Assembly: GCA_964510585.1 (NCBI GenBank)
Contig: CAZECW010000010.1
Span: 1 to 14,493, forward strand
Length of the DNA: 14,493 nt
Reading direction: 5' to 3'
From: an uncultured archaeon
GTDB taxonomy: Archaea; Asgardarchaeota; Jordiarchaeia; Jordiarchaeales; Jordiarchaeaceae
Below, one piece after another: positions 7,712 to 14,493 of this stretch. The translations under genes and the position numbers were made by a program. Under the pieces are notes generated by a model. The model did not search any database. It was not told the DNA's origin and saw only the letters and a program-made list of their open reading frames with translations. Every line of letters starts with the position of its first letter. Position 1 is the stretch's first letter.

Positions 7712-8059
7712 ATGTCCAAGAAAGAAAAAGAAGTTAAGAAGCCAAGCAAGCGCCCCATCCCAACTTGGGAAGAAATAACAGATCAGGTTTACAGCAAAAT
7801 TATGTGGTATGCTACACGCTTCATAATTTTCTCAATCGTGGGGGTAGTGGTTGGATTCATTGCCATAATATACGGAATTTTAGCAATGTACTTTGTAGCC
7901 CCCACAATACTGACGCTAATTCCCAATGCCTCGCCCCTTCAGGACTTTTCGGTGTTTCTAGGAGTCTTTATTGGCGTCGGAGCCATAGCAGCTTCCATTG
8001 TACTCTTAGTATGGGGCCTTTTCTGGAGAAGGAAAGTGGACAACCGGAGCATATTTTAA
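7712..8059 (+). CDS. Small 2-TM membrane protein, paralog C (115 aa)
   Basis: ATG 7712 with GGAGGAGG RBS (the ORF track starts at GTG 7682). Clearly homologous to B: KRP.P.WE.I, WYATRFIIFS, VFLGVFIG, LLVWG.FWR, RSIF. Confidence 0.85.
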   Translation: MSKKEKEVKKPSKRPIPTWEEITDQVYSKIMWYATRFIIFSIVGVVVGFIAIIYGILAMYFVAPTILTLIPNASPLQDFSVFLGVFIGVGAIAASIVLLVWGLFWRRKVDNRSIF

Positions 8060-8080
8060 AGCGCTCTGGTCTATAACCAC

Positions 8081-8091
8081 TTTTTGTTTTT
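8081..8091 (+). terminator. Oligo-T terminator candidate after paralog C
   Basis: TTTTTGTTTTT about 20 nt after the stop; archaeal intrinsic terminators are U-tracts. Confidence 0.4.
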
Positions 8092-8248
8092 GGCGATTTT
8101 TCACATTTCGAGGCATGATAGAATTTGCCTCCAGAATCGTTTCTCAATATTTATGAACCTTCTTGGTTTAGTTTTCACGGTTTTTTATGCAATCTTTTAT
8201 TAGGGAGTTTCTGCTTGTTTAATCCTATTTATGGAGTGTTGACCCAGT

Positions 8249-9031
8249 ATGTCTCTTACAGGAGAAGTTAAAAAATTTGCACTCGAAATGAATGCGGATC
8301 TTGTTGGGATTTGCGCATCAGATAGCCTAGTTGAAGGTAGGGGAAACCTTTTTGAGATAATGCCCGAAGCCAAATCTTTGGTTGTAGTTGCTCTGGAACA
8401 ATTTGAACCGATCTTAAATTCGGGAAACCTCCAAATAATCCAATACAGTGTGCACCAGCTTTACCACGAAATTGACAGGATTCTCTACGCTTTGTCCAGA
8501 TTCCTATCCAAAAAAGGGTTTAAAGCAGTTTCCCTACCCGCCTATCTTCCCATCGACATGGATAAAGGCTCAGGGTTAATTGGAGAAGTTTCCCTAAGAC
8601 ACGCAGCCCAGTGTGCTGGACTAGGAGAAATCGGATTGAACCGATTATTAATAACACCACAATATGGCCCAAGGGTGAGACTGGGTGCACTCATAACAAA
8701 TGCGGATCTTGCTCCCGATGAACCATTCAAAGCAGAACTTTGTAAGAGAGAAAAATGCGCAGCTTGTGTAAAAGCCTGCCCTGTAGGAGCGATTTCCACC
8801 AAAGGAGAAGTAAACGTGTTTAAATGTGCACCAAACATCCTCAAATACTTCATTCCTGGAATCATCTCCACAATAAATACGCTGGCAGAGAGGGAAGCCG
8901 GCTGGAAGGAAATCCAAGACCAAGCAAGAAATCCCGAAACTTGGAAAATACTGCAAGTGTTAACCACAGGAATGATTTACAACTGTTTCAAATGTGTAAC
9001 GAGTTGCCCCATAGGCAAAAAAGAGAAGTGA
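8249..9031 (+). CDS. Epoxyqueuosine reductase (QueG)/reductive dehalogenase-like 4Fe-4S protein, putatively cobalamin-binding
   Basis: Contains ADLVGI, SLRHAAQCAGLGEIGLNRLLITPQYGPRVRLGALIT, C-x4-C-x2-C-x3-CP, and a later C (VFKC) plus C-x2-C-x3-CP. No Tat signal is visible. Confidence 0.8.
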   Translation: MSLTGEVKKFALEMNADLVGICASDSLVEGRGNLFEIMPEAKSLVVVALEQFEPILNSGNLQIIQYSVHQLYHEIDRILYALSRFLSKKGFKAVSLPAYLPIDMDKGSGLIGEVSLRHAAQCAGLGEIGLNRLLITPQYGPRVRLGALITNADLAPDEPFKAELCKREKCAACVKACPVGAISTKGEVNVFKCAPNILKYFIPGIISTINTLAEREAGWKEIQDQARNPETWKILQVLTTGMIYNCFKCVTSCPIGKKEK

Positions 9032-9096
9032 AACTCTGTACACAGATAAATTAGTACTGTAAAGTTGGGACACGAGTATATAAGTGGATAGAGGAT

Positions 9097-9798
9097 TTAT
9101 TGAATTTTGAAGATTTTTTTCACCGCCTCCACGAATCCCTCCCCATAAGATTTCTCCGTCACATAGTCTGCCACATCCTTCAGGATTTGAGGGGCATTGT
9201 TCAGAGCTATTCCATATCCTACCTCTTGGAGGAGTTCTATGTCATTTTGCCCGTCTCCTATTCCCAAAGCCTCCTCTGATTTGTAGCCTAGGGTCTCAAC
9301 GGCTTTCCTTACCCCAATAGCCTTATGAACATTGATATCACAGAGGTGAATGGCATAACCGGAGTCCAAAACATTAATTTTTATTCCGCCCTCATTAAGT
9401 GTATTCACTATTGTTTCCCGATCTATCGTCCTCCTTATCGCAATGTCAGTAAATCTGTAGAACTGGTCACCCGCCTCTTTAATACGCTCCCCAAATGTTT
9501 CCTTCAACATTTTAAATGCTTTAAGGGGCATCTCCTTTGAACCAAGTATAATGGGAGCATCCCATCCCAACTTCATTATTACCCCACCATTCTCAGCAAC
9601 CACCGGACCACTGGTACCCAAATAAAACCCCAAAGTTAATAGTGAACACAGTATGTTACCTGAACACAGAACTACGTGAATGCCTTTCTCCTCCAGCTTC
9701 CTTATCGCCTCCACGGCGGGAAGGTGCAACCTATTTTGCGGCGAGGTAAGAGTTCCATCAACATCTGTAACCAGTACAGGGAATTCCCGGTAAACCAA
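9097..9798 (-). CDS. HAD-superfamily Cof-type phosphatase, archaeal phosphoglycolate phosphatase (TA0175-type)
   Basis: HAD motif I DVDGTLT, plus LCSGN, VAENGG, VHKAIG and motif IV GDGQND. TTG start with a purine-rich RBS. Confidence 0.85.
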   Translation of the reverse strand: MVYREFPVLVTDVDGTLTSPQNRLHLPAVEAIRKLEEKGIHVVLCSGNILCSLLTLGFYLGTSGPVVAENGGVIMKLGWDAPIILGSKEMPLKAFKMLKETFGERIKEAGDQFYRFTDIAIRRTIDRETIVNTLNEGGIKINVLDSGYAIHLCDINVHKAIGVRKAVETLGYKSEEALGIGDGQNDIELLQEVGYGIALNNAPQILKDVADYVTEKSYGEGFVEAVKKIFKIQ

Positions 9799-9829
9799 GT
9801 TTTTCCCTTCCTTCCATTCAAAAAATACA

Positions 9830-9854
9830 GTTGACTACTGCAACAATAGTCAAC
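9830..9854 (-). promoter_or_regulatory. Inverted repeat GTTGACTA-N9-TAGTCAAC upstream of the phosphatase
   Basis: Perfect 8-bp arms. On the minus strand the stem extends to 11 bp with one G-U pair and is followed by T6 (9820-9825), about 30 nt before the start codon. Confidence 0.5.
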
Positions 9855-10063
9855 CAAAATATAAATTAAATGCCACAAAAAATTCGGACAAATCCAACAA
9901 TAAATAACATCAAAGCTAAGAATATTATAAAAGGGATGCCTCACATTTTTCAATGTAAAAAGGGGATTTAGCGTTTCTTCTTCTTGAGGAACATAAATAT
10001 TTGAAAACTTGCCATTTTTCGCTGGTTTCCCAACGCTTTGCGGAATATTGAGGAAGTGGAGCT

Positions 10064-11155
10064 TTAGTGTATTCTTTCTGCTTCGAATCTAGTTACAGCG
10101 TCTCTTCCTCTCTTGGCTGGAATTTCCTCTCTGACTCTAACCAGTGTGATTGCATCATTTGGGCACTGGTTGGCGCATATTCCGCAACCCACGCATCTCT
10201 CCTCTAAAATCATAATCATGTCGTCGGATAGATCCTCTTTGTGTGGGTAGTGGTGGAATATTGCTTGGAATGGACAAACCTTTACGCATTTTTCGCAGAG
10301 TTTACAGGCCTCTCTATTGATTTGGGGCATGAAATTGGATTTTGCGAAGGCTCTGGGGTTGTGGAGTTCCGATAATCCTCTCATTATTCCGCAGCAACAG
10401 GTGCAGCAGTTACATATAAACAGGGGCTTTTCCTGCTGGTTGCTTATTGTGTGTATTAGTCCGTTATCCTCAGCTATTTTTAGGATTTCAAGCGCTTCCT
10501 CCCTTGTGATGTATCTTCCTTGGCGGTGTTTAACGCGATAATCTGCAAAGGTGTCGAAGCTTATGCAAACGTCTAAAGGTTTGTCGCACCGATTTGCGCT
10601 CATTCTACACACACATGGGTTAACAGCAATGCTTCTGGCATTCTTGACATGTTCGCTCACCCTCTCGAAGGGCAGTATCTCATGTTCCACACTTAATTTC
10701 TCCTCTACAGGAATTACTCGCGTTAAAGGGTAATTTGAGGCTCCCAGCTCATGCCCCCAACTGTGATGCATCTCCTCATATACTCTCATAAACTCTCTCT
10801 TATCGTCAGTCAAAACACCATCATCAAGGTAAAACTCAAAAAGACCCACCGCAAAGGGAAGCATACTATAATAGGTGGCACCATCCTCTTTGCCCTTGAA
10901 TTCGAAGAGGGCTCCCCTACTTGCTAAACGTTCAAAGACAGCCCTTACATACTCCACATCTTGTCCAGTCTGTCTAGCCGCCTGCTCCACAGTCTTGGCG
11001 TCGCCAAATGGGAAACTGAAAGCCGAAGAAACCAGCTCCGCCTCCTCAGGCGAGTAAACAATCCTCAAAAGCTTCAACATGTACCTACTCTTCGGCGCCT
11101 TCATGGGCCAAACATTCATCTTCCGTCTCAACCGCTCATAAACCTCTTCCGACAA
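10064..11155 (-). CDS. Uncharacterised Fe-S protein: helical N-domain, Cys-rich middle domain, 2x[4Fe-4S] ferredoxin domain
   Basis: Motifs CVCR-x5-C-x6-C, ICNCCTCCCG, CKLCEKCVKVCP and CVGCGICANQCP (18 Cys in total). The start is probably TTG 11155; the ORF-track start 11194 falls inside an inverted repeat. Confidence 0.85.
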   Translation of the reverse strand: MSEEVYERLRRKMNVWPMKAPKSRYMLKLLRIVYSPEEAELVSSAFSFPFGDAKTVEQAARQTGQDVEYVRAVFERLASRGALFEFKGKEDGATYYSMLPFAVGLFEFYLDDGVLTDDKREFMRVYEEMHHSWGHELGASNYPLTRVIPVEEKLSVEHEILPFERVSEHVKNARSIAVNPCVCRMSANRCDKPLDVCISFDTFADYRVKHRQGRYITREEALEILKIAEDNGLIHTISNQQEKPLFICNCCTCCCGIMRGLSELHNPRAFAKSNFMPQINREACKLCEKCVKVCPFQAIFHHYPHKEDLSDDMIMILEERCVGCGICANQCPNDAITLVRVREEIPAKRGRDAVTRFEAERIH

Positions 11156-11190
11156 CGCTACTACTTCCCAAATATTAAATTTCAAAATTG

Positions 11191-11214
11191 GCAAGTAGGT
11201 AAACGTTTACTTGC
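11191..11214. promoter_or_regulatory. Nested inverted repeat upstream of the Fe-S gene
   Basis: GCAAGTA-N10-TACTTGC (extendable by AATT flanks with one bulge), overlapping the perfect palindrome GTAAACGTTTAC (11199-11210). Confidence 0.5.
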
Positions 11215-11643
11215 AATTCCATTATTAAACTTTCTAAAGCCACAACAAACTCAGAAATTCCCTTTTTACAAATTATTAACCAACCAATCAATCTAACAAT
11301 GTTAAATTAGGATGATTTCCCCCTGCCAGCACTACTAAGAGACGCGAAAAACCGTTCCCCTCAACATAAAAGAACAAAAAGCAGAGAAAAAAGGTAATAA
11401 AACAAATCCAACATCATCAAGCTAGAAGGGTGCCGTAGGAAGCGCTAACGAAGCAATAGTTATCATCCACAAAGAGTGTAAAAAATAGAATTTCGATTAC
11501 GCCCTAATTGGATATTTTTGCTGTTTCAAACATTTTGTGTGTAGGAATAGTGGTTCTCCTCCTTGAAATGGGAAGGGTCTGTGTAAGAGTGAAAATGAAT
11601 TTGGGTTTGTAAGGCTTGTTCTCAAAATTTTTTCGATTTTCTT

Positions 11644-12132
11644 TTAACAATATGGTCTTTTTGTGCGTTCTTTGTACATTTCGTACTCTTTTCGGAATTG
11701 GGGGTTCTGCTTCAGTCTCTCTATTTCTTCGTTTAGTTTTTCCTTCAGTTCTAACTGCTTGTCTGGTACGTGGTGCCTCGTTAGCTTGCTTACGGAGTCA
11801 GAAGAGTATTTCTGGATTCCCATGAGTATGATGGCGATTTCTGGAGTTTGGGGAACCAACATTCCGAAGGGTGTCGGTGTACCTTGCTCCACAACCTTCC
11901 TGATTTCGTCATCGATTCTCCGAACATTGGAACCTACACCCACAGCTTGGCCGGGACCAATGAACTCTGATTTAATCTGCCACAAATTTTTGTCCGTAGT
12001 GATGAAGGTGTCGTATGTGTCGTCGGGATTTCTGCCCGTTAGCACTCTCCATAGTTCCTTGTGCTGACTTTTATCGTAGTGCCTTTTTAGCTCAGCCATT
12101 ATTTCATCAATGGATTTGGCAGGCACAATCAC
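11644..12132 (-). CDS. Uncharacterised soluble protein, 162 aa
   Basis: GTG start with GAGGGAGG RBS, natural amino-acid composition and a charged helical C-terminus. No catalytic motif recognised. Confidence 0.75.
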   Translation of the reverse strand: MIVPAKSIDEIMAELKRHYDKSQHKELWRVLTGRNPDDTYDTFITTDKNLWQIKSEFIGPGQAVGVGSNVRRIDDEIRKVVEQGTPTPFGMLVPQTPEIAIILMGIQKYSSDSVSKLTRHHVPDKQLELKEKLNEEIERLKQNPQFRKEYEMYKERTKRPYC

Positions 12133-12336
12133 AGCCTCCCTCTAACGTAAAATTTACACTCCAATCTAAATTAAAAAAGTTCCACTAATAAACATATCTT
12201 ATTCAACTATAGAAGCTGGAAACCCGAATTTTTAGAATTAAAATTAGGAGGCCTAACCCCGGCAAAACATAGCTAATCTAATTCCGGAAAAGCTGAAAAT
12301 TGTAGGCAAAAATATGCAAAAAAATGTTTTCCCGCC

Positions 12337-13782
12337 CTATACTTCAATGACCTCCTTTTTTTCGTGTAGTTTTTCAAAGGTTTCCTTATTATTTATGCAT
12401 CCTGGGTCCGGTGCAGTGATGTCTCCCAAGTAGCTGTAGGCTCTTGCCCTGCAACCTCCACAAACCCACTTATACTCGCAGATTCCGCAGTGGCCTTTGA
12501 GCTGAGACCTGTCTCTAAGAGTTTGAAGTACTGGGTGGGTGTCCCATATCTCTTCAAGTTCCTGTTTGCGAAGATTTCCCAATTCTATGGGCATGAAAAC
12601 ACAAGGTTGCAAAGTACCATTAGGCTTAATTGCTGAGTACATTCTTCCCGCTCCGCATCCACCAATAAATTCTCCCAGATCTTGTAGCTGGCCTGTAAGC
12701 ATGGGGTTGTAGAAGTGTCCGGGAATAATCTTAGTCTCAGAATCTTTCTGTTCTTGTAAGGCTACTCTGGCAAATTGGGGTGCGGTAGATAAAACCTGCA
12801 ATTTTCCAGCATTGGCAAGCTTGTGCCACAATGTTCTGAGCAGTTCTTCTCTCTCCTCGGGGGAGATGTCGTTTTCCACTATGAAGTGGCCTCTTCCCGT
12901 TGGGATGAAGTTGTAAACAATGTACCAGTCTGCGCCGACTTCCTCGCAAAGGTCTGCGATTCTGGGAATCTCAGCATAATTTAACTTGGTTACGGTGGTT
13001 GAAATTTCCACAAAAAAGTCGCTTTCCACACAGTTTCTTATTCCCTGAAGGGTTTCCTCATATGCTCCGGGTATGCCTCGAAAACTATCATGAGTTTCAG
13101 CAGTTGCCCCATCAAGACTTATCTGAACAAAGCCTACACCAGCTTCCTTGAGCCTTCTTGCAGTCTCCCTAGTTATGAGGGTGCCATTTGACGCCACCGC
13201 CACATAAACACCGTTATCCCTCAAACGCTTTATGGTATCAAAAATGTCCCCTCGCATAAGGGGCTCCCCACCTGAAAAAGAAACGGCAGTGACTCCAAAA
13301 TCCGCAAGCATATCTGCAACTCTGAGTGCCTCCTCTCCGCTCAACTCGTCAATTAAGGGTTTACCGGCTGAGGCATAGCAATGTTTACATCTCAGGTTGC
13401 AGGCATAGGTGTAGTCCCACACAATTAGAAATGGTGCTCCGGGAACAAACGGTCTTCTTACACCATACTTGGCAATTCCCTTAATCACATCCACAAGACC
13501 GGTGCGCCAGTAACGATCCTTGAACCTGCTTTTCAAGACATCCTCCGAAACGCCGAATGCTCCACCACCCCGACCCACAGTCCAGCGAACCAAAGGAAGC
13601 GCCACATGGCTACACAAAAAACAAGCATTTTCCCTCACACCAGAGAAAAGTTCTAAAGCCACTCCCAAGCGGCTTTCTCCATCCCTTTTACACCTTCTAA
13701 CCAGCTGCCTTAAAACAAAGCGCACAAGCCGGTTATCAATAGTAGATTTTAACATTTGGGCAGAGGACTTTAAATCACTCAC
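12337..13782 (-). CDS. Radical SAM protein with SPASM domain and Cys-containing N-terminal extension
   Basis: CNLRCKHC (CX3CX2C), FSGGEPL, and SPASM cysteines GCGAGR..NG...PC..C-x2-C-x5-C-x2-C..DPGC. The start is probably GTG 13782, 7 nt after AGGAG (the ORF track starts at 13824). Confidence 0.9.
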   Translation of the reverse strand: MSDLKSSAQMLKSTIDNRLVRFVLRQLVRRCKRDGESRLGVALELFSGVRENACFLCSHVALPLVRWTVGRGGGAFGVSEDVLKSRFKDRYWRTGLVDVIKGIAKYGVRRPFVPGAPFLIVWDYTYACNLRCKHCYASAGKPLIDELSGEEALRVADMLADFGVTAVSFSGGEPLMRGDIFDTIKRLRDNGVYVAVASNGTLITRETARRLKEAGVGFVQISLDGATAETHDSFRGIPGAYEETLQGIRNCVESDFFVEISTTVTKLNYAEIPRIADLCEEVGADWYIVYNFIPTGRGHFIVENDISPEEREELLRTLWHKLANAGKLQVLSTAPQFARVALQEQKDSETKIIPGHFYNPMLTGQLQDLGEFIGGCGAGRMYSAIKPNGTLQPCVFMPIELGNLRKQELEEIWDTHPVLQTLRDRSQLKGHCGICEYKWVCGGCRARAYSYLGDITAPDPGCINNKETFEKLHEKKEVIEV

Positions 13783-14086
13783 ACCCATTCCTCCTGCCAC
13801 CATCCCAAATTCTGGCGAAAACATTGAAATTTGCAGTTATTATGATATTCCTCCTAATAGATATAAGGTTTATTATTACTTTTCAATGTTTAAAATAAAA
13901 ATATTACAAATGTTTTAACTTGTTGCCTAGCATAAGAATATTAAAGAATTTTTACTTCCACGAACAGTGTCCCCTAAATTACCACTTAAGGGTAGCTTTA
14001 AAGTTTTGGACGCGATATGCATTGCACCCACAGGAGTTCAGGGCCGGAGACCACGTAGAAGGCGCACCCATCCCCTTCAAAACTAG

Positions 14087-14260
14087 GAGGGGAAAAGATA
14101 CAGAATAGAGTACAACAATCACGGCATCACTACAACTCGAAATATTAAGGTTATCAAAATCCACAAATTCATCAGAATACGCGGAGAGCAGTACATTGAA
14201 GCCCGCTGAGACATTGGGGACAGGAAGTGGGTCTTCGGATCGGACTGCATAATCCTAATC
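14087..14260 (+). pseudogene. Possible WYL-domain remnant with an in-frame TGA and no start codon
   Basis: Hand translation gives EGKRYRIEYNNHGITTTRNIKVIKIHKFIRIRGEQYIEAR*DIGDRKWVFGSDCIILI. It resembles the WYL pattern (I.Y...G..T.R.I......G..Y.EA.C.....R.F..D.I), with TGA 14207-14209 at the Cys position. It is preceded by TAG 14084-14086. Confidence 0.4.
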
Positions 14261-14392
14261 ACTCCATTCACTAACAAGGAACATGGTGTCGGATCAAGAA
14301 GGATGAAATTTTTAAAAATCTCACTTTTCTACAAGTATCCTTCTCTTTTATATTCTTCAAATATTGGTCAACTCTTTTCCTCCATCTTTTTG

Positions 14393-14410
14393 GAAGAAAT
14401 GTATTTATAT
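14393..14410 (+). promoter_or_regulatory. BRE/TATA candidate for the gene starting at 14470
   Basis: Purine-rich GAAGAAATG followed by TATTTATAT, about 60 nt upstream of the start. Confidence 0.4.
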
Positions 14411-14469
14411 GCAATGCAATTAATTACTTTAACCATATTTTGGTTTGAAATTGTTTTGAGGTGGAAGTT

Positions 14470-14493
14470 TTGAAGGCTCTTGTTTGGGATGGT
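14470..14493 (+). CDS. First 8 codons (MKALVWDG) of a probable MDR/zinc-dependent alcohol dehydrogenase-family gene (3'-partial)
   Basis: GAGGTG RBS (14458-14463) lies 6 nt before TTG. MKALV-x-D/G openings are typical of MDR enzymes, but 8 residues cannot establish the family. Confidence 0.45.

Noticed and set aside
6810-9031. Small membrane proteins as RdhB anchors for the Rdh-like protein
   Set aside because: The Fe-S protein is short and lacks a Tat signal, a T-tract and a 189-nt gap separate the genes, and the RdhB W-Y-x-W pattern is not present.
9968-10015. 15-aa minus-strand ORF MASFQIFMFLKKKKR, in frame after the Fe-S gene stop
   Set aside because: It has no RBS, the intervening stop is TAA (not a recoded codon), and it is too short to support from sequence alone.
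11215-11643. tRNA, C/D-box sRNA or SRP RNA in the long intergenic gap
   Set aside because: No cloverleaf or T-loop; a TTGATGA box-C-like word has no matching CTGA box D with terminal stem; no SRP helix-8 motif.
11644-11660. C-terminal Cys (RPYC) as a prenylation signal
   Set aside because: It is not a CaaX, CC or CXC pattern.
2356-13918. Many short overlapping ORFs in the track (e.g. 2496..2738, 3456..3707, 6028..6366, 7765..8076, 8542..8967, 10961..11296, 11663..12067, 13520..13918)
   Set aside because: They are antisense or off-frame shadows of well-supported genes, or AT-rich intergenic ORFs, with no recognisable motifs.
13979-14164. ORF-track ORF 13979..14164 (-)
   Set aside because: It has no RBS or motif and reads like an antisense translation; the plus-strand WYL-like frame explains the region better.
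1-14493. CRISPR array, rRNA or tRNA genes
   Set aside because: No regularly spaced direct repeats and no rRNA or tRNA signatures were seen; the only repeats are two-copy patches within paralogous genes.

Overview
Archaeal genomic DNA, judged from BRE/TATA promoters, GGAGG/GAGGTG ribosome-binding sites, TTG/GTG starts and the gene families. It is probably an anaerobic lineage; Asgard/Jordarchaeia-like or Bathyarchaeia-like is a guess I cannot verify. The window opens inside an IS200/IS605-family element. Positions 1-140 are its right end (GAAT guide tetranucleotide, hairpin, TCAA cleavage site), which also folds like a TnpB omega/reRNA scaffold with a 3' pseudoknot. The element is inserted antisense into an MFS transporter gene (1052->141) that is missing from the ORF track. 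After this come a multi-TM membrane protein, a two-subunit family I CoA-transferase, two tandem LLM/F420-type oxidoreductases, three tandem paralogous 2-TM proteins with variable loops, and a QueG/reductive-dehalogenase-like Fe-S protein. Further along are a HAD phosphoglycolate phosphatase, an 18-Cys Fe-S protein, an uncharacterised 162-aa protein, a radical SAM-SPASM enzyme, a broken WYL-like reading frame, and the first 8 codons of a probable MDR-type dehydrogenase. Across the window, G+T versus A+C skew forms a gene-scale sawtooth that resets at intergenic regions regardless of gene orientation. All counts and alignments were done by hand; no databases were searched.
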